Part shown: in pieces, positions 40,018-49,855 of the stretch
Layout of the letters: every line of letters begins with the position of its first letter
Numbering within the stretch: position 1 is the first letter of the stretch
Origin: Desulfatiglandales bacterium
GTDB lineage: Bacteria > Desulfobacterota > DSM-4660 > Desulfatiglandales > Desulfatiglandaceae
Length of the DNA stretch: 64,000 bases
Reading direction: 5' to 3'
NCBI GenBank assembly: GCA_963662465.1
Contig: OY759599.1
Location: 448,001-512,000, forward strand
The notes under the pieces: model-generated
The model's input: the letters and a program-made list of their open reading frames with translations, nothing else
What the model was told of the DNA's origin: nothing
Databases searched by the model: none
Translations under genes and position numbers: made by a program

Positions 40018-41766
40018 TTGAAAACTATAAAAATCACATCATCTACGATCACAAGCCGGGACAATTTAGAAAATCACGTTCCTACGTTCCGCGTGGGAAT
40101 GGATTACAGTAAAGCCCTGGCTAAACTGTCCCGCTTTGTGGAGCGATTGGGAAAAATGCAACGTGTCAAAAATGATGAAGGAACTCGTGGAGATGAAAAC
40201 CGGGTGGAAAATAGTGCTTCGGATTATGAACAGGTGCCGCTAAACCTTGTTTTCGATTATCCGGTTAAATGGTCAAAATTCAAAGTGCTTCGGGATTTCG
40301 TGCAGAATTTCTATGATGCGGTAGGCTGGCGAAACTGGGATGTTCGATTTTCCTGGCGGATTGCTGAAGACAGGTTGTCTCTGTTCGTAAGAGATGTCGG
40401 TTTCAGCTATGACTGGCTTCTTCATATCGGGGCATCGACCAAACGCGATGATGGAGGAACCTATGCAGGCTTTTTCGGAGAGGGTTTCAAGATTGCTTCC
40501 CTCTGTGCTCTAAGGGACCATTCTTGGAGTGTCACTATGCATTCCCGCAACTGGGAATTGAAAGTTGTTACGGCCGTCATTGCAATCGATGAACAGTGGA
40601 TCGATACGTTGGCCTACAATATCCAACGACGGGATGAAGAAACGCGGGATACGGCCCTTCACATATCGCCTTTCCATGATTTAAACATTTTGAAGGCAGT
40701 GCTTCAAAGTTTCTATTATCCTGGAAACCCTTTGTTTGGTAATAAAATATGGGAGTCAGAAAGCGCTTCGGTGTATTTTCGGTCGGGTATTCAAAAACCC
40801 GCGGGATACCCGCAAACATTTGATGACAAGGGGCGGGGAATCGTATTTGGTGCTTACCAGGCTTTGGGATCGTTTCAATATCCCCTGATTTTCGCTTTGC
40901 ACAGTTTCCGATATGATGATCGCGAACGAAATACTTTTTATCGCATGGATGTGGTCAAACTAATCCATGAAGTTGCATCCAAACTGCCGCCGGAAGCGTC
41001 GATGGTGGTCCTTCTTGCGCTGAAGAACAGATGGTACGACCGTCCCAGGAAGAAATACGATTTCGAATCATGGCATCGCATCATCAGCACGCTGGTTCGG
41101 AATATCTCCACATCACCCGAACTTATGGCCCTGTGGAGAGAAACCAATCCACATCTGCTGGCGGCGCGGCAGGTGAGGCGAAAGGATATAGATCTGTACA
41201 ATCGGAGACAACAGGCACTCGAGTGGTTGAGAACGTCTAAAACGCGGTATCGTCTGGTGCAGTCCGCGTTTATTTTCATGGGCTATCCCACGGTCGAGGA
41301 GGCCTGCGAAGCAGATGACGGATTCAGTGTGGCCCATGAGCCTGTTGTGTCCGAGATAGGGTATATTCGCATGCTGGAGAAAGTGGCGCTGTGTTTACTC
41401 TCCGACCTGTTTTCAACAATTGCACTGCCGCCATGTAAAATCATCGAAAGTAAAAACGCGGTGTGGCAGGGGATGACAGTGATCATACCCCGGAAGGACC
41501 GAAGCCTGCGCTTTCGAGGGTTGCCCGTTCGGTACCTCTTGCCTTATGTTGCACTTAAACAGGAATTACTCATACCCGATGCATTTAGCCGTGCCCTCAG
41601 TACGTATCTTCATGAAATAGCGCATATGTTCGGTGCTGAAAGATCAGCTGCATTCAGCAATGCTCTGACCGAGCTGATGCATCTTGTTGTAACTCATTCA
41701 GAAATGATCGCTGAATGTCGAATGGGATGGGAAGTATTCTCGAAAAAACATTCGTCCACGGCATGA
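40018..41766 (+). CDS. GHKL/HATPase-like ATPase with C-terminal HEXXH metallopeptidase motif
   Basis: LRDFVQNFYDA, DVG, IGASTK, GFFGEGFKIA; C-terminal YLHEIAH; true start probably downstream (~40156). Confidence 0.7.
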   Translation: MKTIKITSSTITSRDNLENHVPTFRVGMDYSKALAKLSRFVERLGKMQRVKNDEGTRGDENRVENSASDYEQVPLNLVFDYPVKWSKFKVLRDFVQNFYDAVGWRNWDVRFSWRIAEDRLSLFVRDVGFSYDWLLHIGASTKRDDGGTYAGFFGEGFKIASLCALRDHSWSVTMHSRNWELKVVTAVIAIDEQWIDTLAYNIQRRDEETRDTALHISPFHDLNILKAVLQSFYYPGNPLFGNKIWESESASVYFRSGIQKPAGYPQTFDDKGRGIVFGAYQALGSFQYPLIFALHSFRYDDRERNTFYRMDVVKLIHEVASKLPPEASMVVLLALKNRWYDRPRKKYDFESWHRIISTLVRNISTSPELMALWRETNPHLLAARQVRRKDIDLYNRRQQALEWLRTSKTRYRLVQSAFIFMGYPTVEEACEADDGFSVAHEPVVSEIGYIRMLEKVALCLLSDLFSTIALPPCKIIESKNAVWQGMTVIIPRKDRSLRFRGLPVRYLLPYVALKQELLIPDAFSRALSTYLHEIAHMFGAERSAAFSNALTELMHLVVTHSEMIAECRMGWEVFSKKHSSTA

Positions 41767-41924
41767 GGTGTGAATAATAATGGTGGCCGAAAGGATGATT
41801 AAGGCCAAAAGTTCTTAAATACAAAGTGTTACAAATGTGAGAGATAAACTCTCTATTTTGTGTCGTGTTGTGAATCGGCCTTACGGATGGTACAATGAAA
41901 GGATGAAAAATAAGGAGACGACCC

Positions 41925-42830
41925 ATGCCGAAGAGAAAACTCATCACGTTTGACTGGGCCCTGAAGAAGCTGCTTCGCAGTAAGGCGAATTTTGGCATTT
42001 TGGAAGGGTTTTTAAGCGAGTTGCTCAAGGAAGACATTGCCATCCTGGAGATACTGGAGAGTGAGTCCAACCGGGAAGACCGCTTTGACAAATTCAACCG
42101 GGTGGATTTAAAGGTTCGCAACGGCAAGGGGGAGATCATCATTATCGAAGTTCAGTATGAACGGGAGTTCGATTATCTTCAGCGCATCCTGTATGGAACA
42201 TCGAAAGTGGTTACGGAGCATCTGGATGTTTCGGATCCGTATCATCGGGTGGTGAAGGTGATCTCCGTGAATATTCTATACTTTGATCTGGGTGTTGGAA
42301 CCGATTACATCTACCGGGGAACAACGACCTTCTACGGCATCCATACGGGCGACAGGCTGGATCTGAGCGCGGACCAGCAGAACTGGTATGGAAAGCAGGA
42401 AGTTTCGGATCTGTTCCCTGAATATTATCTTCTGAAAATCAATCAGTTTGACGATGTGGCCAAAACGACGCTGGATGAATGGATTTACTTTCTGAAAAAC
42501 GAAGAGATCAAGGATGAGTTTCAAGCCCGTGGCCTGAAGCAGGCCAAAGAGAAGCTTGACATTATGAAGCTGCCGGAGGAAGAGAGAAGGGCATTCGAGC
42601 GGTATGTGGACGACCTGCACTATCAGGCGAGCATGGTGGATTCATCCTATGGCATCGGGCGGATGAAAGGACGGGAAGAAGGGCTGGAGGAAGGATGGAA
42701 AGAGGGGCTGGAGGAAGGGATCAAAAAAGTCGCCGTGAGTCTGCTGACCATTCTTGATGATGCAACCATATCGGAAAAAACCGGAGTTTCTCTGGAGGAA
42801 GTGCGGCGGTTAAGACTGGATGCCGGATGA
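41925..42830 (+). CDS. Rpn-family PD-(D/E)XK nuclease
   Basis: FDWALKKLL, RVDLKV, IIIEVQ, LDEWIYFLK, GREEGLEEG tail. Confidence 0.88.
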   Translation: MPKRKLITFDWALKKLLRSKANFGILEGFLSELLKEDIAILEILESESNREDRFDKFNRVDLKVRNGKGEIIIIEVQYEREFDYLQRILYGTSKVVTEHLDVSDPYHRVVKVISVNILYFDLGVGTDYIYRGTTTFYGIHTGDRLDLSADQQNWYGKQEVSDLFPEYYLLKINQFDDVAKTTLDEWIYFLKNEEIKDEFQARGLKQAKEKLDIMKLPEEERRAFERYVDDLHYQASMVDSSYGIGRMKGREEGLEEGWKEGLEEGIKKVAVSLLTILDDATISEKTGVSLEEVRRLRLDAG

Positions 42831-43062
42831 CATGGCACTCGGCGCCGGAGGTTTCTGTTCGCAGTTGGTGCGTTCTTCTCAGATCTTCCAGCAGAAGCGG
42901 CAGAAGCGGCTTTTGGCTTTTGCCGTCAACATTTTGCGGTACGCCGATAGCGCCTTCGAAGACCAGCCTTTTTCCAGGCAATGAAACACAAGTGAATTCC
43001 ACCGTTGGGCCGATTACGCCATGGGGGAGGAAAGCAGGTACATGGGACCATGGAGGTGAAAG

Positions 43063-44111
43063 ATGATGGAGAAATCAGTTTTTGCGATTGCAGGCTATCT
43101 GCTTCTGGGCCTGGTGCTGCTTCTTGCCGGGTGCGGCAGCAGTGATAACGGCGGTAACAGCACTACCCCCGGGCTTCAGTGGGGGGCGTGCCCGGACTAT
43201 TTCGGCGAGCAGGGATTAGAGTGCGCCACGGTGCAACTCCCGTTGAACCATAACAACCCGGATGGGGAAACCATCTCCGTCCTCATGGCTCGGGCAGTGG
43301 GCACGCCCGTAGAGAAAAAGGGGGATGTCTGGTTTATTGCCGGTGGCCCGGGCAGCTCCTCCGAATATTTTGCTGAAAACATGGTTTCCTATGCCAAAAC
43401 CCATCCCCAATGGAACTATTACACCATGGAACATCGCGGGGTGGGGGCCTCCACAAGACTGGATTGCCCGAATATTGCGCCCACGGGTTACTTTTATGGG
43501 CGAGAGTATTATGAGGAATTGGAAAAGCAGTGGGGAAACGGGGTTCAATACTTCAACACTTCTCAGGCCGCACGCGACCTGGGGACCCTGATTGGCTCAC
43601 CCGCCGGCCCCAGAGGGAAGTTTTCCTGTACGCTGTTTCCTACGGGACCTACCTGGCTCAGCGGTTTATGTGCCTGAACCCGGCGCCCGTGAACGGCGTC
43701 ATTCTGGACGGCGTGGTCCCGGCCGGGCTGTTGGATAATATGGGGGGGGCCATCGGCTGGTACGATCGGGATTTTGATAAGGTCGGTCACGCTATTATGG
43801 AACGATGCGCCGAGGATCCGGTCTGTGCGGAAAAAATAATGGAAATCGCGGGGAGCGATCCATGGCAGGCGGTGGAACATGTTTTCAATCGGGTCGACGA
43901 GGGAGGGCTTTGCCCGGCCTTTGCCCCACTCGACCGGGAAGTCCTTCGCAACGTGCTGGGCGCGTTTTCTGCTGACTGGAGCCTGAGAATGCTGGTTCCG
44001 GCAATCTTTTACCGTCTGAACCGATGCAACACCGATGACCAGGAGGCCATTTACCGGCTCTTTGATGACTCGGAAGGCTTTCATCAGAACAGTATAAAAT
44101 GCTTTTCATGA
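43063..44111 (+). pseudogene. Frameshifted, truncated alpha/beta-hydrolase lipoprotein (TAP-like peptidase)
   Basis: LAGC lipobox, GGPGSS, HRGVG in one frame; nucleophile AVSYGT and ILDGV in another; shift near 43590-43615. Confidence 0.8.
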
Positions 44112-44156
44112 TTTGGTTGAAGTGCGGACAGTGTCTCTTTAAAAACGAAGCGTCCG

Positions 44157-44657
44157 CTAATGCAAGGTTTTGCCGCCGGGGGCCAGTGTCACATTACGAT
44201 CTCCGCTCACATCAACAGCGACGCTTCTGAAGCGGGCGAACTTTGTTTCAATGCTTTGGGGCAACATGGAAATGGACATCAGGCCCATGTTGATATCCTT
44301 AAAAAAAATGAGACTGCCCATCTGCCCGTTTAAGAAAAATGCGCCGTGAAAAAAAGGATATTTCGGGAATTTGAGAAGTAAAAATTTGGTCATTTTTACC
44401 TCATCCTGGAGTGCGGATTTTCCAGCTTCTTTGAGGATTTGCTTTAGCATTGGGTTTTTAGCTCTTTTGCACATTCGAAGGAAATCTTCGCGGTCCGCCA
44501 AACGCTCAAAGAAATAGTCGAAAATTTCTGAAAAGTCATCCGATTCCTGCAAAAGGACTTTTAACTGTTCAATTTCTTTTTGGAATTTAGACATTTTAGG
44601 AGTTCCGGCAACGTTTTTTGATAAAAACTCGCTTTTTTCAGATGGAATGTAGAACAA
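44157..44657 (-). CDS. Hypothetical protein
   Basis: Open frame; likely start MSKFQKE (~44594). Confidence 0.55.
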   Translation of the reverse strand: MFYIPSEKSEFLSKNVAGTPKMSKFQKEIEQLKVLLQESDDFSEIFDYFFERLADREDFLRMCKRAKNPMLKQILKEAGKSALQDEVKMTKFLLLKFPKYPFFHGAFFLNGQMGSLIFFKDINMGLMSISMLPQSIETKFARFRSVAVDVSGDRNVTLAPGGKTLH

Positions 44658-44698
44658 TCCGCCGTGCGGGTCAAATACAAAATTCCTTAGCTGTTTAC

Positions 44699-44794
44699 CA
44701 TGAAAATGCAGCCGTTAGCCATTAGCTGTTAGCTGTTAGCTTAAAAGCGGTAGATGTTATTTTCATGTTTGGGGGTGGCAAATCCCTTGTCATG
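44699..44794 (-). repeat. Dispersed ~95-bp repeat with heptamers (copy B)
   Basis: Inverted copy of 21345-21434 with one more heptamer. Confidence 0.75.
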
Positions 44795-44826
44795 GGGGTT
44801 TACCCTAAAATTCATTTCGGTAAACG

Positions 44827-46043
44827 TTACGACGTTCGGCACAGGACCTTTTTGAAATTTTTAAGGAGCGGGTAAAGGAAAATTGTTTTGGGCGCCTTGT
44901 TTTTCTTTTGAGTTCTGAAGTAACTGTATCCGGCGGTGCTGCCCGCCTCGATTCAGTTGGCGGCACGGTAACACGTGCCTGAGAATCGATCCTGTTGCAC
45001 AAATGTCTCCAGCAGTACCGGTTGAATGCCATAGGTCGCCTTCCAGTCCGAGGAAACCCTTTTCGCAATTCGCCCGAGAATTATCGAGGCCAGGTTCGTG
45101 CATTGAACCCATGGCAGGATGAGAAATCGACTGTTGTCGATGACCTGGTTCAAGTGCATTTCCCGTTGCCGGTCATCCCAGCCGATAAAGGTATCCCGGC
45201 TTGCCAGTCGCCAGGCGGCATGGGAAAAAGCGATGCCCCCCAGCAGGGCGTCAGGATTTGCACCCCGGATAAGGTACCGAAGCTGGGGTCGAACAATTTT
45301 GGCCTTTTCAGGTAATGGTACCGGCTCATCATGATGTTCCACAGATCCTGTTGGTCTGGCTTCCGGATTGGCACAAACACCAGTGGATCGAGGTCTTTGG
45401 AACGCCAAAGGCGTGTTTCCCGCTGATCGAGGAGGGAAGACGTGGGTATCTTTTTTTTGCGGTAGGGTTTGCGGGGTAGCACTTTCGGCAATCGGATGAT
45501 GTTGTCCATGTCCATCCGTTTCAGGATATCCGTGAGGGTTTTGTCCTTGGCTTTTCCCGTGGGGGAATAGAAGGCGAAGTCGTGGCATGTGATCTTCGCC
45601 AGTTCGCCGCGTGTCGCCTCGGGATGGGCAACGATGAGCGCTCTGATTTTCTGAATCATGGGACCGGTGAAATTGATGCCGATATAGCGAACAGAGAAAG
45701 ACTTCCAATCCATTCCTTTCCGGTTTGACGGTTTTTCCAGCATATCGAGCATTTTTTCCACTCGGGTTTCTCTCCATGTGGGTTTCCGGGTCGGATGCTG
45801 GAGGGATTTTATCCCCTGTTTTGAAAAGGCTTCCACGCATTTGACGACCGTCTCCGGTGGAACCCGAACATCCATCACGAGGCTTTCCAGGGGCCTGCCC
45901 GCAAGTGCCCCCAGGATGACCTTGGCCCGTTTGATGTGCCAGATGCACAAAGTGCTTTGCGCCATCTCCTTCAGCCTTTTTCTCTGGTCGGTGGAGCAGT
46001 CGATATGGGGCAGACGCAGAATGGGTGCGGACCCGCCCTCATG
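44827..46043 (-). pseudogene. HTH + DUF4338 (DruA-like) protein with frameshift and premature stop
   Basis: LWNIMMSRYHYL..LF|PQLRYL, AAWRLASRD.FIGW, NSRFLILPWV, LLETFV, GTCYRAAN*; shift near 45290, TGA at 44953-44955. Confidence 0.75.
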
Positions 46044-48147
46044 AGTGCTTTTTTCTTGTTCCAGCCAGAGACGCAATATATTCCCCCTTTTTATGGCGCT
46101 GGTTGTATCGAAAAATCGTATCCACCAGCCCCATGTGAAGCTGTCCATAGGTTTCGGCGTATCGCCGGCTGACCCAGCGGTAGTAATTTTCCACGCTTTT
46201 CATGTTTTGGGTGAACATGATGCCCACCAGTTGATCGATCAATGGGTCCGGGTCCATCCCGAAAAAATCCTGAGTATCGGGTGGGGGTCCCCCCTTGATG
46301 GGCAGGTATTTCTGTGTGAACACGTATGCGCCGGGGAGAGAACGCAGAAACCTGAAACGCTCGACATCATCGGCAAGGGTCGTGTCAAACCCGTACATGC
46401 AGATGAATTCCACATTGTCTCGCGGCTTGAAATCAAACAGCCGATATTTTCGGGCTACCCGGTCCAGATGCTGGTTATGGTTTAGACTGAAATGAAAATT
46501 ACGCCGGGTAAAGCGGGTATTGCTGCACTGTATCCTCCTAAGGAGTTTGGCCCGTTCCCGGTTTACCAGGCGCAAATCCAGGGTCTGGGTGAAATTCACC
46601 ATGACATTTTTTTCCGCCATTTCCAACAGGAATCGATCTGCATTCGGGTGACTCAGGATATTGTCATCCAGCAGGATGAGTTTTTTCAGGCGGCCCCCTT
46701 CCAGCAGCGTATCCAGATTGCTCACCTGTCGGGGTTTTCCCTCTTTCGGGGGGACCACGCAGAATGGACAGTCAAACGGGCAGCCCCGGGTGATGAACCC
46801 GATGGCTCGGTCGCCCAGTTCCGGATAGAGGGTGTAGTCCGCGTGCAGGGCCTCCACCGCATCGGGCAGGCGTGAGGAAATGTCCTCCCCCGTGCCTCCC
46901 AGGGTCAGTTTGTCGCCGTAATGCCGCCGCAGGCGCCGGTTTCGCCTCATAGACAGGGGAGTATAGAACACTGTGGATGCATAGACCCTGTCCGGACCTT
47001 TCACAAGACAGTCTCTTTTTTCCAGCCGTACGGTATGCCCCTTTTGCCGATGGTAAGCGGATAGCTTCATCAGGGCCAGGTTCGGCAGACGTCCGTCCAC
47101 ATCGATCAGGAGGATCGTCTCCTTCGGCAGACGGACAGGCCCGTGTTTGTACCGGGGTTCTTCCGCATCCGGGAGGGGGAGATGCTTTTGCAGAAGAGAT
47201 GAGGGAAGGCTTTCTACAGCAGTCATTCCGGTTGACAGAATAAACTGGAGTCGGGGAAACAGCGTATCCAGCAATATCATATAGTCCGTAAAACGCTCAG
47301 GGGTGCAGAAGGTTTCCGGTTGGTCCATAAGGACAAGCCCCGGCATTTCCATGGGCGTGGCGGATGTGGGAAAGGCGTCCAGCATGTGACGAACCATGTC
47401 CAGTATGGGAAGGACGGCATGCTGCCGGCGGGGATGAAGCGCATGCCAAATTTCATTGGCATCGACGGTCACGTCGGGCCATGAATCCGTATTGATATCC
47501 AGTTGCTGCTTTAGCAGTTCGCACAGGGCATGAAGCACATTTTGAGAAGGTTTCCGACCACATTGAATTCCCTTGTAACGGAGCCGATCTATGAAATCAA
47601 CGGGGTTGGTCAAGGGTGCATGGTGCATCAGCAGAGAATGAAAGCGGGTGCGGCGAAAGAGGGGATCCGTGAATTGAAAATCCTCTCCCCGCGGCCCTGG
47701 TCTGTACCCCGCGCCGTAAGCGAGGAGCAGGTGCGCGGAGGCCTGGGCAAGGATATTCAATTTTCTTGCGGGCACGATCCACGAAATCAGAGTGAGGTCT
47801 TTGGTCCGCAACGCAGTGACATGCCCCTTGGCATCCACATCAACCCCGCTTCCCATCACCGATACGCCCCGGTTCTTGTGATCCAGGGGGTAATGACGGG
47901 CCAGCACATGGGCCACCCGGACGGGCCGATGATGGTTTCCGACGATCTCTGTCGGGAGAGGGAGTGCATTGAGATATTTTTCTCCCCCCAGCCCCATGGT
48001 GATCAGCGTCAGCAGTTCTCTGCCCGCCAGGTCGTTTGGCAGAAAGGTCCATTTGGCGATGGTTCGGCTGCTTCGCGTTTCTTGAAAGCGAAAGTGGCCG
48101 TTTCCGTTATGGGTGCTGTTTTCAACAAACAGTTCCAGCAGGTACAT
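46039..48147 (-). CDS. Degenerate ABC/AAA ATPase-like domain fused to a radical SAM domain
   Basis: N-half: MYLLELFVEN, LAYGAG, GLVLMDQPE, FPRLQFILST; C-half: LIDVDGRLPNLALMKLS, TRGCPFDCPFCVV, LLDDNIL. Confidence 0.75.
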   Translation of the reverse strand: MYLLELFVENSTHNGNGHFRFQETRSSRTIAKWTFLPNDLAGRELLTLITMGLGGEKYLNALPLPTEIVGNHHRPVRVAHVLARHYPLDHKNRGVSVMGSGVDVDAKGHVTALRTKDLTLISWIVPARKLNILAQASAHLLLAYGAGYRPGPRGEDFQFTDPLFRRTRFHSLLMHHAPLTNPVDFIDRLRYKGIQCGRKPSQNVLHALCELLKQQLDINTDSWPDVTVDANEIWHALHPRRQHAVLPILDMVRHMLDAFPTSATPMEMPGLVLMDQPETFCTPERFTDYMILLDTLFPRLQFILSTGMTAVESLPSSLLQKHLPLPDAEEPRYKHGPVRLPKETILLIDVDGRLPNLALMKLSAYHRQKGHTVRLEKRDCLVKGPDRVYASTVFYTPLSMRRNRRLRRHYGDKLTLGGTGEDISSRLPDAVEALHADYTLYPELGDRAIGFITRGCPFDCPFCVVPPKEGKPRQVSNLDTLLEGGRLKKLILLDDNILSHPNADRFLLEMAEKNVMVNFTQTLDLRLVNRERAKLLRRIQCSNTRFTRRNFHFSLNHNQHLDRVARKYRLFDFKPRDNVEFICMYGFDTTLADDVERFRFLRSLPGAYVFTQKYLPIKGGPPPDTQDFFGMDPDPLIDQLVGIMFTQNMKSVENYYRWVSRRYAETYGQLHMGLVDTIFRYNQRHKKGEYIASLAGTRKKHS

Positions 48148-48540
48148 AGGCTAAAGCGGCATGGCCGCAGTTTTAAGTTTTAAGTTGCTCTATCGAAGAA
48201 TTTTTCGGCCTTTATGACAGAAAACCAGAAAATAGGGTAGTAAAAGTTGACGTTTTCACCTTTAAGTTACCATTTCCCGTTTCCATTGACTTAGGAGGTG
48301 CTTTCCTCTTATTAAGAGACAGGTGTTTCCGCAATCAGGAGATGAGTATCCTGACAAGCTGACTGTTTCGCTGCCGAATAACCTTGGAACAATGAACCCG
48401 TGAACGGTTACGCCTATTGAAATGGATTCATGGGGAGACCGGGCTGTGGAGTCTTGTGGGAGAGGCTTTCAGTTTCGATGTGCCGGTTCCACAGAAAAAG
48501 ACCTGGGCGGAGCAGGCTTCCGCCGAAATGGAGGCATGCA

Positions 48541-49584
48541 TTGCAAAGTAAAAACGGAACCGATTATTTACACAATTACGATTTCATTGTAAAATGGCTT
48601 GCGGAGGCGCTCAAAGGGCAAACGCTGGATGCTATCGGGATCAAGACCGGCCAGGTGGAAGAGGTGTTTGCATTTGAGCCGGTGGATATTGCTGTGAAAG
48701 CAGGGCGGGTGGATGTGATGGTGCGGGATGATGCGGGCGCCTTGTTTCACATTGAGGAACAGCGGGACCTGAAAAGGTCGGACCTGTATCGTTTTGCTGC
48801 GTATCATTTCCTGGGCGCCAAGAAATGGGGACCGGGAATGGTAGATGTGATTCTGGCCTCCGGAGACGTGCAGGCAGGAACTCGAAGCCTCAAGACCGCC
48901 AGCGGGGTGTATGAACCCGTGGTCCTTGATTTCAGCGATCGAAACGGGGAAAAGCGGCTGGCGGAAATCCGAGCGGAGGTGAAAGCCGGGACATTCAAGA
49001 ACTGGCTGGAGTTGGTGGTATTGCCTCTGTATGGCAAGGCAAAAGGTGAGGAACGCGCCCGGTTCGTGGAAGAGGTGGTCCGTTTTGAAGTGGCGCTGTT
49101 TCGGGCAAACAAGATATCGGCTCGGCTGACCGCGGCGACGTTGATTCTGTCGAATAAGATGATGGACAAGAAACGCCTCAAAGCGATGTGGGAGGAGATA
49201 AAGATGCTGGATATTATAGAAATTGCAAGAGAAAAAGGGATAGAGGAAGGTTTGGATAGAGGCAAGAGCCTGGGGATTGTAGAAGGCAAGAGCCTGGGGA
49301 TTGTAGAAGGCAAGAGCCTGGGAATTCAGGAAGGCTTGGATAGAGGCAAGAGCCTGGGTAGTGTGGAAATCGCCCGGGAGATGCTTCTGGATCTGTTGTT
49401 TGAGAAGTTTGGCGCTGTGCCGGATGAAATGCAGGATGAGATTGGGCGGATTGATTCCCTGTTCAATCTGAAAACGCTTTTCCGGCAGGCCTTTAAGTGC
49501 AATGACATGGAAGCCTTTGGGGGGATGGTACACCGGGTTCGGGGGGTATCGGAACATGGGGATAAGCGCGGGAAGGTTTCGTGA
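48541..49584 (+). CDS. Rpn-like PD-(D/E)XK protein with repetitive C-terminus
   Basis: HNYDFIVK, RVDVMV, FHIEEQ; GKSLGIVE repeats; TTG start after GGAGG. Confidence 0.7.
   Translation: MQSKNGTDYLHNYDFIVKWLAEALKGQTLDAIGIKTGQVEEVFAFEPVDIAVKAGRVDVMVRDDAGALFHIEEQRDLKRSDLYRFAAYHFLGAKKWGPGMVDVILASGDVQAGTRSLKTASGVYEPVVLDFSDRNGEKRLAEIRAEVKAGTFKNWLELVVLPLYGKAKGEERARFVEEVVRFEVALFRANKISARLTAATLILSNKMMDKKRLKAMWEEIKMLDIIEIAREKGIEEGLDRGKSLGIVEGKSLGIVEGKSLGIQEGLDRGKSLGSVEIAREMLLDLLFEKFGAVPDEMQDEIGRIDSLFNLKTLFRQAFKCNDMEAFGGMVHRVRGVSEHGDKRGKVS
49244..49359 (+). repeat. Coding 12/24-bp tandem repeats
   Basis: GGCAAGAGCCTGGG occurs four times, encoding EGKSLGIV units. Confidence 0.8.
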
Positions 49585-49775
49585 AACGACTGGGGTTCGC
49601 GTTTAAATGCAGCGACGCCCCGACCCTGACCAAATCGATGCACATCGCTTTGGCGGATTTGGGTCTCCAGAGACTCTTCATCGTTTACCCCGGAAATGAA
49701 CGCTATCGGCTTCATGAAAAAATAGAAGTGTTGCCATTAAGGGACTGTGTTAATTTGAAAGAAACTGATATCTAA
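49581..49775 (+). pseudogene. C-terminal fragment of an ATP-binding DUF4143-type protein
   Basis: GFAFKCSDAPTLTKSMHIALADLGL..LFIVYPG resembles the C-terminus of such proteins. Confidence 0.55.
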
Positions 49776-49855
49776 CTCGTGATATGAGTTTAAGTTGCAG
49801 ACGAAGTGGTGGAATATCTTGGAGAAACCCGCGTTTTTAAAATCGAGAGATCATC

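Noticed and set aside
44953..44955. Selenocysteine or recoded TGA
   Set aside because: The position corresponds to a conserved Trp (AANW) and the gene also has a frameshift
44827..46148. Complete Druantia system
   Set aside because: Only a broken DUF4338 gene is present; no large DruE-type helicase
48396..48411. CCCGTGAACGGTTAC as an IS terminus
   Set aside because: No matching second end or transposase was found in the window
49244..49359. CRISPR-like or DGR template repeat
   Set aside because: In-frame coding repeats of the Rpn tail
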